The notes under the pieces are model-generated. The model did not search any database. It saw nothing but the letters and a program-made list of their open reading frames with translations, and was not told the DNA's origin. DNA of 64,000 bases from assembly GCA_965218695.1 (NCBI GenBank), contig OZ244651.1:1952001-2016000 (forward strand), in the 5' to 3' direction. Position numbers and translations under genes: made by a program. Below, one piece after another: positions 32,483 to 42,557 of this stretch (within the stretch, counting starts at the first letter, position 1; every line of letters begins with the position of its first letter). The stretch is from Nitrosopumilus sp. Lineage in GTDB: Archaea > Thermoproteota > Nitrososphaeria > Nitrososphaerales > Nitrosopumilaceae.

Positions 32483-33415
32483 ATGAACCTGTTCTGGATT
32501 ATACCGCTGCTGGCAGCATTCCTGGTACTAGTCTCAGATGCACACGCCAGTACCGAAACCATGAATGTGGAGGGCGGTATAGAAGTCAAGATTACGCATC
32601 CTGGTGAGATTGTCGCGGGCAGAGAGGGAATAGTCTCCATCTTGGTAAGGAACAACGGATGGGAGGACAAGCAGGACATCTCGTTTGTCTTTTCACTGCC
32701 TGATGTTCCGTCGATCACCGTGGAACCGTCAGAGGGGATCACCATAGACAGACTCGCACAGGGTGGATCGTACGGCAAAAACGTCCGCCTGCAGGTTGCA
32801 GAGGAGACAAGGCCCGGCGTCTACTTTCTAAATATGAGGTACACGCACGTCCTTGTTGCAAACAACGAGACGCCGCAGGATCCATTCATTCAGGACATAG
32901 CAATCCCGATCACCATAAAGGAGGATGCAAGGGTGACAGTCATCACAAAGACGCCCGAGTCGATCTTTGCAAATGCCCAGTTTCCAATCGAGGTGGAGGT
33001 TTTCTCAGAGGACATAGACATTACAGATGTCAGGATTAGAATGGTTCCCCCCGAAGATATCGAGTTTCTGGGCGAGACGCTTTACGCGTTCTCAAGGATT
33101 GAAAGGGATACGCCCGTTGGAGTAACCGCACAGATAATTACGCCTGCAGCCGTGGACACGGAGCGCAGGATTCCGTTTGGAATTGTTGTAGAGTATACAG
33201 ACGACGTCGGAGCCGAAAAAGCCGACTCGCAGACAGTCTCCCTAGTTTTAAGGCCCAGAACATTCATGGAGCTTACCGGTGATGGCGGAATCTGGGTTGG
33301 TGATTTTTTTATTGCGCCGTATGTCAGTATTGGGACGATCATAGGAATACCTGCAGGCACAATAATGACACTGTTGATAAAAAGAAGAAATACGGGCAAA
33401 AAGCACGGTTCCTAA
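32483..33415 (+). CDS. Secreted Ig-like / S-layer-type protein with C-terminal TM anchor
   Basis: Signal peptide, beta-rich domains, TM followed by basic tail. Confidence 0.7.
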   Translation: MNLFWIIPLLAAFLVLVSDAHASTETMNVEGGIEVKITHPGEIVAGREGIVSILVRNNGWEDKQDISFVFSLPDVPSITVEPSEGITIDRLAQGGSYGKNVRLQVAEETRPGVYFLNMRYTHVLVANNETPQDPFIQDIAIPITIKEDARVTVITKTPESIFANAQFPIEVEVFSEDIDITDVRIRMVPPEDIEFLGETLYAFSRIERDTPVGVTAQIITPAAVDTERRIPFGIVVEYTDDVGAEKADSQTVSLVLRPRTFMELTGDGGIWVGDFFIAPYVSIGTIIGIPAGTIMTLLIKRRNTGKKHGS

Positions 33416-33711
33416 GATTTCAGCATGTCTGTGATCGCCTGAATGTACCTTTCATTGTACCTATTGTACATCTGGATTTTGCCTTGGGCCAAGGCCATTG
33501 CGCCTGGCCTGCTGTTGATATGTGCTCCTACCACCCTCTGCTCATCCAGAATTCGCTCAAGATGGTCCCTTGTACATGATTCAAGTTGTGCAAGCAGGCC
33601 TGCAAGCTCCCTCTCAAGAATATCCCGGGTGTCGGGAATCTCCGGAGGCCATGCGCCAATAATCTCCTTGACGGTAATCCTCCCAAACACCTTTTTGTCC
33701 AGTTCCAACAA
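33412..33711 (-). CDS. Hypothetical protein
   Basis: 99-aa ORF, INSRPGAMALAQ. Confidence 0.65.
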   Translation of the reverse strand: MLELDKKVFGRITVKEIIGAWPPEIPDTRDILERELAGLLAQLESCTRDHLERILDEQRVVGAHINSRPGAMALAQGKIQMYNRYNERYIQAITDMLKS

Positions 33712-33766
33712 CAGGCAGGATCACACCCTGCCATTATAAACCGAGTCTGCGTGTACGGCTTCCGGG

Positions 33767-33997
33767 TCAGGCACGCTCGCCCAGAAAATGAACGGTGCTG
33801 TCTGTCACTATAACTGTCCTGTCCTTTGGTACCCTGTACAGCTTTTTTGTGTCGTTGGGAAGTTGGATAATAACCTTGGAAAACGGATCCTTTATCGACT
33901 TGTACAGGACGCTCCTGTCGCCTACTGACTGTGACCAATGTGTGCCCTGTACGAATGATATCGACTGAAATCTCACAACATGATACGAGTAGACCAT
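33767..33997 (-). CDS. Hypothetical protein
   Basis: 76-aa ORF with ATG start. Confidence 0.6.
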   Translation of the reverse strand: MVYSYHVVRFQSISFVQGTHWSQSVGDRSVLYKSIKDPFSKVIIQLPNDTKKLYRVPKDRTVIVTDSTVHFLGERA

Positions 33998-34048
33998 TCC
34001 TGATTAGGTAGTAGCGGCGTTACGGATAAAGGATCTTCCAATCAAGGC

Positions 34049-35581
34049 GTATGAATTCACCTGTCCTTCCTGTCACAAAAAAATGATCATACTGATCCAT
34101 ATGCTGGTAATACACATCCCTGTCCATGGGGAACCCACGGCACATGAACAGGGAACAGCTGGAGAGGGAACTGGCTGAGGAAAGGAAGAAAAATGCCATG
34201 CTCGAGTCCAAGATTGAAGAGGTGCTTGCCAAGATCGAACGTCTTGAAAGGGCCTTGGGGTACAGCGAGCGCATCATGACATACTATACAAACCCCAACA
34301 CGCCGCCCTCATCTGAATCCCTGGAATGGAAGGCCCAGAAGAGGGAGCGGGCAAAAAAACAGGAAAAGGGAGACAAAGCCAAGCGCGGGGGAAGAGATGG
34401 ACACGTGGGGGCGTCGCGCCCCCGCGACCCGGAAAGGACCGTATCCCACAGGTTCGGGCGCAGGAAGTCGGGCAGGAGACGGGTGCCGGTACTCCCGGAA
34501 TGCGGGTGCGGCGGCGGCCGGATGGCGATTGGCAGTCCGCGCGTGCGGGACATCACGGACATCATGGTGACTGCGTGCGAGACGCGGCACCGCGTGGAGA
34601 CTGCAATATGCGGCTCATGCGGCCGCAGGGAAGATGCCCCAAACGACCTGCCGCGGCGGGGCAACTTCGGCAAGGGACTGGTCGGGCTCGTCTCAGAACT
34701 GCGCGCGGCACGGGTGCCGCTCAAGGGAATCTCGGTCGCGGTGCGCTCCATAACGGACATTGAGCTTGCAGGATCCACTGTCAACAACATCATGGCGCGC
34801 GTCGGGGACGCCTCGGGCCACGAGGCAGGCAGGATCCTCGGGGAAGTGGAGGCTTCTGACTGTGCCGGGTTTGACGAGACCAGCTGGCGAAACGACGGCC
34901 AGAGGGTGCACGCAAACGTGGCACAGTCGGGCAAAAATATCGCAATAAACATCAGCCAGAGCAGGGCCACGCTCATGCTCGATGCCATGGACAAATTTGA
35001 CGGGGTGGCGATAACTGACGGGTACAACGGGTATGACAGGTTTGACAAGGGCGGCATGCACCAGTCGTGCTGGGCGCACGACCTCCGGCAGACAAGACAC
35101 CTGGCAGAAAAATACTGTGCCGTGCCTCCCAAGACCAAACGCGTCCGGCGGCGGCGGCAGCTCCACGAGGACCACAAGTGGGTGTTTGAGAGGGCAAAAC
35201 TGCTGGCCGCGCAGGAGGCGCACTCGCCACATCTGCGGCATGCGATGAACCGCACCATGCAGGACGTGCTTGACCGGTATCGCGATGCAGGTGGTGGTAA
35301 CGATGACGACATGCAAAAGGTGCTGGACAAGCTTGAGAGGCACCTGCACCGCATGTTTGCGTTCCTGGAGCATCCAGGTGTCGACCCTACAAACAACGCC
35401 GGCGAGAGGGCACTGCGCTATCTGGTGGTGTTCCGCAAGATAAGCGGGCAGACCAAGGGTGGACCCAAGTCCATGAAGCGTCTTGCAGATTTTGTTACAT
35501 GCGTCCTCACGTGGAGGGCACATGGCAAGAGCGTGGCCGAAGAAGTTGGTCGACTGATATAAGGGGCAGGTGAACTCATAC
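34049..35581 (+). mobile_element. IS66-family insertion sequence (distinct from the 9777 element)
   Basis: TIR GTATGAATTCACCTG / GTATGAGTTCACCTG; 8-bp TSD ATCAAGGC (34041-48, 35582-89). Confidence 0.92.
34126..35562 (+). CDS. IS66-family transposase
   Basis: NPNTPPSS, GGRDGH, FDETSW, ITDGY, QSCWAH, PTNNAGERALR. Confidence 0.92.
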   Translation: MGNPRHMNREQLERELAEERKKNAMLESKIEEVLAKIERLERALGYSERIMTYYTNPNTPPSSESLEWKAQKRERAKKQEKGDKAKRGGRDGHVGASRPRDPERTVSHRFGRRKSGRRRVPVLPECGCGGGRMAIGSPRVRDITDIMVTACETRHRVETAICGSCGRREDAPNDLPRRGNFGKGLVGLVSELRAARVPLKGISVAVRSITDIELAGSTVNNIMARVGDASGHEAGRILGEVEASDCAGFDETSWRNDGQRVHANVAQSGKNIAINISQSRATLMLDAMDKFDGVAITDGYNGYDRFDKGGMHQSCWAHDLRQTRHLAEKYCAVPPKTKRVRRRRQLHEDHKWVFERAKLLAAQEAHSPHLRHAMNRTMQDVLDRYRDAGGGNDDDMQKVLDKLERHLHRMFAFLEHPGVDPTNNAGERALRYLVVFRKISGQTKGGPKSMKRLADFVTCVLTWRAHGKSVAEEVGRLI

Positions 35582-35806
35582 ATCAAGGCTGCGTGCAAGA
35601 GTAGTTCTGCAGCAGCACAACAAACAGTTGCACAGGTATGGTTCCAAGACGTTTTGGGTTGCGCCGCTAGCAGAGACGTGCCATGACACATCCGGTCATG
35701 TTTGTGGCGTTCTGTGACCATTTCGTTGCCCGAACCGTCGGGTTGTGGGCAAAAACGCAGAATATTCAGGATAGGGTTTTATAGTTTAGCGTATCCTCGA
35801 TACTAA

Positions 35807-35998
35807 ATGGTTCTCAAATTGAGATGTGAGGAGTACGGTTTTGAATGTCCATTTGCCATAGATGGTGAGGAAACGTTGGAAACGATCGGTAGACTAAGGA
35901 AACATTTTGACGATGTTCACGGTATCGACTATACCATAGAGGCAGTAACGCAGATGATTTCAAACCGGGGATATTCACTACAATCAATAAAAAAGTAA
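35807..35998 (+). CDS. DUF1059-like small metal-binding protein
   Basis: LRCEEYGFECPF..HFDDVHG. Confidence 0.78.
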   Translation: MVLKLRCEEYGFECPFAIDGEETLETIGRLRKHFDDVHGIDYTIEAVTQMISNRGYSLQSIKK

Positions 35999-36379
35999 GA
36001 GTCCGATGCGGCCAGAAGGATCGTAACAGGCGTCCACTTGGTGCGGATCCATTCTCAACAGGGTTGTTTTTTGAGCCATATTTCAATCCCGTCTGATTGT
36101 ACGCATACCATCATGATGGTCAGGTGTGTTGAAAAAGGGATACGGGCCAAGGCATGTCTTTCTCACATGTAGAAGAGATCACAGTCCCACGCGGATAGTT
36201 GTTAGTATGCGCGTTTGTATTTTCAAACAGGTCAATGTTTATTACATTGTAGATATATCAAATATTGCATCCGTACTTGTTGCAAGGGAACAGGAATTTT
36301 TTGCATGCAGGAGCATGTTTTAGCACTAAAATTACCTGTAAGATATTCCTTTTATTCTAAAAACGCCAATATAAGGTGA

Positions 36380-37294
36380 GTGATAATAGGGTATTCAGAT
36401 AATTTTGAAGGCAGGTGCGAAATTGATACCTGCCAAACCCAGCCCACCATAACAGATTCTGAGAGAGGAGAGGTTGTGTGCGGGGGATGCGGGACAATCC
36501 TAGAGCAGAGTATGTCTGACATGTCGCATGAGGTGGGTGGCCACGGTGCAGACGAGTACATGAAACAGACAAGGACCGGACCCTCTACATCACTGACGAT
36601 GTACGACAGGGGGTTGTCAACGGTAATTGGCAGCAACAAGGATTCTGCTGGAAACATCCTGTCCAACGAGACAAAATACGAGTTTAGTAGGTTGCGGACA
36701 TGGGATCAGAGAAGCAGGTCAAGAAGGACTGCCGCACTGAGTAAGGCGTTTACTCTGCTTCACGGAATGAAGACAAAGCTTGGAATCCCGGTCAATGCTG
36801 TGGAGTACTCGGCATACATCTACAGAAAGGCAGTCGCCGCAAAGCTTACCAGAGGAAGGACGATGGCATCGCTGGTTGCAGCGTCCCTGTATGCAGGATG
36901 CAGGGCCAACAACATTCCAAGAACGCTTGACGATATCGCAGATGCCGGGAATGTGGAGAGAAGGATACTTTCGCGGGATCTGAGAACCCTGATCAGGACG
37001 CTTGGTCTAAACCTGAACCAGTATGATACAACGTCGTTTATCTCAAAGATTTCAAACAACATGAAACTCAAGGAGAAGACAAAGAGGGATGCGTTTGAAA
37101 TACTCAAGCGGTGCGAGAAGGAACGGATCACGGCGGGAAAGCATCCTGTGGCACAGGCCGCAGCCTCGCTGTACATTTCGTGTATTATGAACGGAGAAAA
37201 GATCAGTCAGAAAAGGTTTGCAGCAGAGGCCGGGGTAAGTGACGTCACGATAAGAAACAGAATCATCCTTATCAAAAAGACCCTAGATGTCTAA
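36380..37294 (+). CDS. tfb: Transcription initiation factor IIB paralogue (intact)
   Basis: Zn ribbon, RTGP, RLRTWD, GKHP, GVSDVTIRNR. Confidence 0.88.
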   Translation: MIIGYSDNFEGRCEIDTCQTQPTITDSERGEVVCGGCGTILEQSMSDMSHEVGGHGADEYMKQTRTGPSTSLTMYDRGLSTVIGSNKDSAGNILSNETKYEFSRLRTWDQRSRSRRTAALSKAFTLLHGMKTKLGIPVNAVEYSAYIYRKAVAAKLTRGRTMASLVAASLYAGCRANNIPRTLDDIADAGNVERRILSRDLRTLIRTLGLNLNQYDTTSFISKISNNMKLKEKTKRDAFEILKRCEKERITAGKHPVAQAAASLYISCIMNGEKISQKRFAAEAGVSDVTIRNRIILIKKTLDV

Positions 37295-37335
37295 AGGTCG
37301 ATGCCGGAAGCGGCACGCAATCATGAGGGGGTGTA

Positions 37336-37554
37336 TCATTTGTAAAAGCTGGGTTCCTGATCCCTCTTTTGTTTTGGAAGATCATCCATAACTGCCTGGA
37401 TCACCTCGTCGTGGTTGTATGTCAGGTGTCTAAGAAATTTTGCCGATTCGTATGCACGGGCCTTGTCATCACCGGACAGTATCTCCGGGCTGCACAGCGC
37501 AGCCATCATAAAGTCACATTGTGAACACGGCTCAAAGTCAAGATAGATCTTCAT
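37336..37554 (-). CDS. Small hypothetical protein
   Basis: 72-aa ORF with CxxC and HxxxxH. Confidence 0.6.
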   Translation of the reverse strand: MKIYLDFEPCSQCDFMMAALCSPEILSGDDKARAYESAKFLRHLTYNHDEVIQAVMDDLPKQKRDQEPSFYK

Positions 37555-37694
37555 TATATCATATCGCCGTCATCCTCAGTATTTAGATTGTTGTATGGCG
37601 CATCAGACTGTCTGGAGACGCACCCTCTGCAGTCGGAAGGGGGGGGGTGTGGCTCCTGGCAAGCATGGGGAAATTGCCGCATATTTTAGAACGT

Positions 37695-39827
37695 CTAGGA
37701 GGCAACAGGTACCACCTTTCTTTCTGGATCCACCGTGTACACAGCATCCACCAGATCCTGTTGTGTAATCCGGATGTCTTTAATGCCCGGGTGCTCGCCG
37801 CCTACGTGTCTTCTCAGGGCTGCAATCGAGGCCCTGTTGGCCACTGCGGCAATCTCGGCTCCAGAGAATCCGTCTGTCAGAACCACAATGCTGGCAATAT
37901 TGGCATCGTCTGCAAGGGGTTTTTTCCGGGTGTGGATTTCAAGGATATGGCGCCTTCCTTCGGCGTCAGGCACGGGCACCCTGATTATCCTGTCAAACCG
38001 GCCAGGTCTTAACAGGGCCTCATCTATGATATCCAGCCGGTTTGTCGCGCCCACCACCAGTACGTTGTGAAGTTCTTCAAGTCCGTCAATCTCGGTCAGG
38101 ATCTGGGAGACTACGTTCTCTGTAACGTGTGAGCCAGAGCCATCGCTTCCCCTTCGCGGAACAAGCGCATCGATCTCATCAAGAAAGATGATACATGGTG
38201 CTGCCTGCCGCGCCTTTCTAAAGATCTCCCGTACACCTTTCTCAGACTCGCCAACCCATTTTGAAAGCAGTTCCGGGCCCTTAATGCTGATAAAGTTGGA
38301 CTCGGTCATGCGGGCAAGGGCCTTTGCAATCAGGGTCTTGCCGGTTCCAGGCGGGCCGTGCAGCAGTATTCCGTGCGGAGGCGTTGCGTCAACATACTCA
38401 AAGGCCTCCTTGTACCGGACAGGCCACTCAACTGCCTCGCGCAGTTCATCCTTTAGCTGATTCAGGCCTCCCACATCGTCCCATGTCACATCTGGAATAC
38501 GGGCTTGGACCTCCCGCAGGGCACTGGGACCGATCTCCTTTAAGGCATCCTCAAAATCCTTGTCTGTAATTCGTATGTTCTGAAGAATCTCTGGGGAGAC
38601 CTCGTCCTCGTCAAGATCAATCTCAGGAAGAACCCTGCGCAGGGATCTCATCGCGGCTTCCTTGGAGAGCATCTGCAAGTCGGCTCCCACAAACCCGTGT
38701 GTGATTCGGGAGAGATGCTTAAAGTCCACGTCTTTGTCAATTGGCATTCCGCGCGTGTGAATTGAGAGTATCTCTAGCCTTCCATTTTCATCCGGAATGC
38801 CGATCTCGATCTCCCGGTCAAATCTTCCCGGCCTCCTGAGTGCGGGATCGATTGAGTCCGGTCTGTTGGTGGCAGCAATTACCACAACCTTCCCCCTAGA
38901 CTTGATTCCATCCATCAATGTCAGAAGTTGGGAGACAATTCTCTTTTCAACCTCGCCGGATACGTCGTCCCTCTTTGGCGCAATCGAGTCGATCTCATCA
39001 ATGAAGATAATGCATGGGGAGTCTGCCTCGGCATCTGCAAAGATCTTGCGGATTCTCTCCTCACTCTCTCCATAATGGCTTCCCATTATCTCAGGGCCGC
39101 TAATCGAGATAAAACGGGCGTTGGTCTCACCGGCTACTGCCTTTGCAATCAGGGTCTTGCCTGTTCCAGGTGGACCATAAAGAAGGACGCCTCTTGGAGC
39201 ATCCACGCCGATCTTCTTAAAGAGTTCAGGGTGTCTCATCGGCAGTTCGACTGTCTCACGGATCTTCTGAACCTCGTTCTTCAACCCACCAAGTTCATCA
39301 TATGTAATCCTTGAAACCGAAGCATCCACGGTCTTGGTCATGGTTCCAAGACGAAACACGGTACTTTCCGTAACAAGGACCGGCCTGACGGGTCTTGTCC
39401 CGGTCACTATGAACTGTACGCGATCCCCCATCTTTGTATTCAGGGATACCGAGTCTCCCGTGGCAAACACGTGGTTGAGATAGTTATGGGTCATAAACTC
39501 CTGCAGTCCCTCGACTGCGACCTTCTCTGTCGGGGACAGGACGATCTGCTCGGCGTTGGCCGCCTCCACTGATCTCAGCGTGACTCTGTCCCCTATACCT
39601 GCGCCCAGGTTTTGTCTTGTAACACCGTCAATCTTGATGATTCCCTCGCCGTACTCTTCGGGGGCTCCCGGCCAGAGCTTGACATGAGTCTTCCTGTTGC
39701 ACGTCAGCTCCAAGATTTGGCCGGTGCTCCACTCTTGCTCCTCAATGACCCGAGGGTCAACAATTGCCCTCCCTCGTCCAACATGCAACAAGGGAATCTC
39801 ACCTATCTTTAATGTGGTTTCGTTCAT
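37695..39827 (-). CDS. cdc48: CDC48/VCP family AAA ATPase
   Basis: Two [11 protein letters not shown] modules, RPGRFD; ATG at 39827. Confidence 0.94.
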   Translation of the reverse strand: MNETTLKIGEIPLLHVGRGRAIVDPRVIEEQEWSTGQILELTCNRKTHVKLWPGAPEEYGEGIIKIDGVTRQNLGAGIGDRVTLRSVEAANAEQIVLSPTEKVAVEGLQEFMTHNYLNHVFATGDSVSLNTKMGDRVQFIVTGTRPVRPVLVTESTVFRLGTMTKTVDASVSRITYDELGGLKNEVQKIRETVELPMRHPELFKKIGVDAPRGVLLYGPPGTGKTLIAKAVAGETNARFISISGPEIMGSHYGESEERIRKIFADAEADSPCIIFIDEIDSIAPKRDDVSGEVEKRIVSQLLTLMDGIKSRGKVVVIAATNRPDSIDPALRRPGRFDREIEIGIPDENGRLEILSIHTRGMPIDKDVDFKHLSRITHGFVGADLQMLSKEAAMRSLRRVLPEIDLDEDEVSPEILQNIRITDKDFEDALKEIGPSALREVQARIPDVTWDDVGGLNQLKDELREAVEWPVRYKEAFEYVDATPPHGILLHGPPGTGKTLIAKALARMTESNFISIKGPELLSKWVGESEKGVREIFRKARQAAPCIIFLDEIDALVPRRGSDGSGSHVTENVVSQILTEIDGLEELHNVLVVGATNRLDIIDEALLRPGRFDRIIRVPVPDAEGRRHILEIHTRKKPLADDANIASIVVLTDGFSGAEIAAVANRASIAALRRHVGGEHPGIKDIRITQQDLVDAVYTVDPERKVVPVAS

Positions 39828-39852
39828 ACCATTGCCCCAAAAAAGGGGGGGG

Positions 39853-40338
39853 TTATTCCACCTCCACCTTGGTGCCGGTTGGTTTCTCTGAAACCAACCC
39901 AAACACGAGCTGCAGGATCCCGTTCTTGTAAGAGGCCTTTGCAGAGTTCTCATCGATCCTGCGTTTTATGGGAACCCTAGCATGGTATCTCGTCTTATCG
40001 CGGGCAGCAGAGATATCCACTACTTTGTTGTCGACTACGATCTGGATGTCGTTCTTCTCAACTCCGGGTATCTCGGCAATGAGTTTCACCGTGTTGTTCT
40101 TCTCGTCAACGATCGTGTCCACGACCGGCTCCCTTGCATTACCTTGGCCGGGTGCCTCTTGGCCTGTCCCGCACTCCCTTAGAACGGGTCTTCCGTTGGG
40201 TCCGATACTCAGGGTATAACCATACCAGTACGGCCCGGTTTCAGAGTTGCCTCTGTTTCCTTCAAAGATGTCGTCCGTGTCAAAAAAGGATCCAGACATT
40301 CTTCTGAAGGCTCTATTGATCTCATTATCAAAGAACAC
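39853..40338 (-). CDS. hsp20: Small heat shock protein Hsp20
   Basis: [32 protein letters not shown]. Confidence 0.9.
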   Translation of the reverse strand: MFFDNEINRAFRRMSGSFFDTDDIFEGNRGNSETGPYWYGYTLSIGPNGRPVLRECGTGQEAPGQGNAREPVVDTIVDEKNNTVKLIAEIPGVEKNDIQIVVDNKVVDISAARDKTRYHARVPIKRRIDENSAKASYKNGILQLVFGLVSEKPTGTKVEVE

Positions 40339-40354
40339 GTCATATTCACCTATC

Positions 40355-40376
40355 TAATGTAATATATATTACATTA
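40355..40376. promoter_or_regulatory. Perfect 22-bp palindrome, candidate operator of hsp20-cdc48
   Basis: TAATGTAATATATATTACATTA equals its own reverse complement. Confidence 0.65.
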
Positions 40377-40498
40377 TATAATTTTTACTATGTTATATGG
40401 AAATGTTTGACAGTACATAATCTTATTTATAAACAAGTGAAGAACCAGAGTGATTAATTACACAAACTAATTATAAATGACATGGTGGAATAACCGTC

Positions 40499-41155
40499 AT
40501 GAGGACATCAGTACCCGATGCAGTAAGGGAGATCATTACCAGAAACCGTTCCATCTACGACTGTATGAGGATGGATCTGATAAACTACACGGCCCTTGCA
40601 GTAAGGATACGGCCCGAGGTTGAGAGGATTTTGGGAAACGTAGTAAATCTCAACACAGTGGTAGTTGCAATCAAGAGATATGCAGACTCTTTTGATCTCA
40701 GAGAAGAGGTGAGAGACGAGCCGGTTCTAAAGAATGCGCGACTGGTCCTAACAGGCGGAATCATGGATGTCAGGTTCTCAGCAAAGGAATCAGATGGGAT
40801 GGATCCGGCCGACATCCTAGACAAGTTCTCCAAGGTGACTAGCAATTATGAGTTCTTCAGGGTGAGCGACTCTTTCCGGTTTCTTGCCGAGGACATGGAT
40901 GATGTCAGGCGGATCTTTGAGAATGTGCCGGGAACCAAGGACATGTTCAATACCGGTCTTGTAAAGATCAGGATCATAATTCCAGAGGCCAGAGGCCAGT
41001 CAGGTGCAGTTTCGTACGTTGCAGAGGTGTTGCATAGAAACGGAATCGAGCTTGTAAATGCATTCTTCAGTCAGGATAGCATCACCGTCATTCTAAGGGA
41101 GAGTGACGCGCCAAGGGCATATGACATACTGCATTCAGACATCACAGGCGACTGA
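40499..41155 (+). CDS. ACT-domain-containing protein
   Basis: DLINYTALA N-terminus; C-terminal ACT-like segment. Confidence 0.75.
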   Translation: MRTSVPDAVREIITRNRSIYDCMRMDLINYTALAVRIRPEVERILGNVVNLNTVVVAIKRYADSFDLREEVRDEPVLKNARLVLTGGIMDVRFSAKESDGMDPADILDKFSKVTSNYEFFRVSDSFRFLAEDMDDVRRIFENVPGTKDMFNTGLVKIRIIIPEARGQSGAVSYVAEVLHRNGIELVNAFFSQDSITVILRESDAPRAYDILHSDITGD

Positions 41156-41168
41156 CAGTATTATATTT

Positions 41169-42536
41169 ATGGCATATGCCAATAGAAAATCGAGATTGGT
41201 TAAAAAGAAGAACATAGTTGTGGTAGGAGGCGGTTTTGCGGGTGTAAAATGCGCCAAGCAGTTAGAATCCGAGTTTGGAGACGATCCGGAGATCAGCCTG
41301 ATAATGATAAGCGAGGACAACTATCTGCTGTTTACGCCGATGCTGCCCCAAGTGGCGTCAGGGGCAATCGAGACGAGGCACATTGTCACGCCCATCAGAG
41401 CCATATGCAAGAAGACAAAGTTCTACAAGGGAAGGATCAAGAGTATCGACCCGTATGGAAAGAGGGTTACGTTGTGGGGGACTGTTGACAGGAGAAGTGT
41501 ATCAATCCATTATGAGTTTCTGGTGCTTGCCCTAGGCAGCGAGACCAATTTTTTCGGGATGGCGGATGTGGAAAAGAACGCATTCAGCATGAGAACGCTG
41601 AATGACGCAGTCATGTTGAGGAACAGGGCAATTGACATGCTTGAACAGGCAGAGAATGAGACGAACCCAATCCTTCGAAGGGGTTTTTTGCATTTTGTTA
41701 TTGTAGGCGCCGGTTTTGCGGGAATAGAGACGGCAGGCGAACTCATGGGGCTCCTGCGGGATGCAAGAAAGCATTACCCAACAATCCACAAAGAGGATCT
41801 CAAGGTAACGGTGGTGGAGGTGGCCTCTGCCATACTGCCGGAATTCGACCAAAAACTGGCCCAATACGCAAAGGAGAAGCTCATGGAGGGTGGGATTGAC
41901 ATAAGGCTGAACACGGCTGTAACCAGTTTTGATGGAAACGAGGTCACGTTGAAGCCCGCAAAGACAGACGATGAGGACGACATGGGGGGAATCATAACAA
42001 AGACTATGATCTGGACTGCGGGGGTGACGCCGGTAAACACAATCAAGAGATCAATGTTTAAGACCGAGAGGGGAAAGATCATAGTGAACGACTATCTGGA
42101 GGCGGAAGGGTTCCCAGGGGTCTTTGCGATTGGGGACTGCGCCGGATTTACAGACCCGAATACAAAAAGACATCTCCCACCTACCGCGCAGGTCGCAGAA
42201 TCCCAGGCAAAGACTGCAGCAAAGAACCTAAAGGCCATAATTAAAAACGCCCAAAAGGAAAAATTTGTCTTCAGGAACAGGGGGCAGATGGCAATTATTG
42301 GAAAGCGATCCGGCATCGCCCGTCTTAGAGGGATAAATTTTACAGGTTTTCTGGCATGGGCTATATGGAATAATGTGTATCTGTCAAAGGTCGCTACCGT
42401 GGACAAGAGGACCAGAATAGCCATCGACTGGATAGTAGATCTAATCTTTGACAGGGATGTGGCCCAGCTTAAACTGATGAAGCGTGATGTCGAAAAAGAG
42501 TACAGGGCCGTCGATGACGTCGATGATGTCTGGTAG
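41169..42536 (+). CDS. Type II NADH dehydrogenase-like FAD oxidoreductase
   Basis: GGGFAG, FTPML, GAGFAGIE, WTAG, FAIGD, PPTAQ. Confidence 0.88.
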   Translation: MAYANRKSRLVKKKNIVVVGGGFAGVKCAKQLESEFGDDPEISLIMISEDNYLLFTPMLPQVASGAIETRHIVTPIRAICKKTKFYKGRIKSIDPYGKRVTLWGTVDRRSVSIHYEFLVLALGSETNFFGMADVEKNAFSMRTLNDAVMLRNRAIDMLEQAENETNPILRRGFLHFVIVGAGFAGIETAGELMGLLRDARKHYPTIHKEDLKVTVVEVASAILPEFDQKLAQYAKEKLMEGGIDIRLNTAVTSFDGNEVTLKPAKTDDEDDMGGIITKTMIWTAGVTPVNTIKRSMFKTERGKIIVNDYLEAEGFPGVFAIGDCAGFTDPNTKRHLPPTAQVAESQAKTAAKNLKAIIKNAQKEKFVFRNRGQMAIIGKRSGIARLRGINFTGFLAWAIWNNVYLSKVATVDKRTRIAIDWIVDLIFDRDVAQLKLMKRDVEKEYRAVDDVDDVW

Positions 42537-42557
42537 TACAGGTTCGTAATGGTGCAG

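Noticed and set aside
34284-35721. Long antisense ORFs (370 aa, 342 aa) over the IS66 transposase
   Set aside because: Shadow frames of a GC-rich gene; no recognisable motifs.
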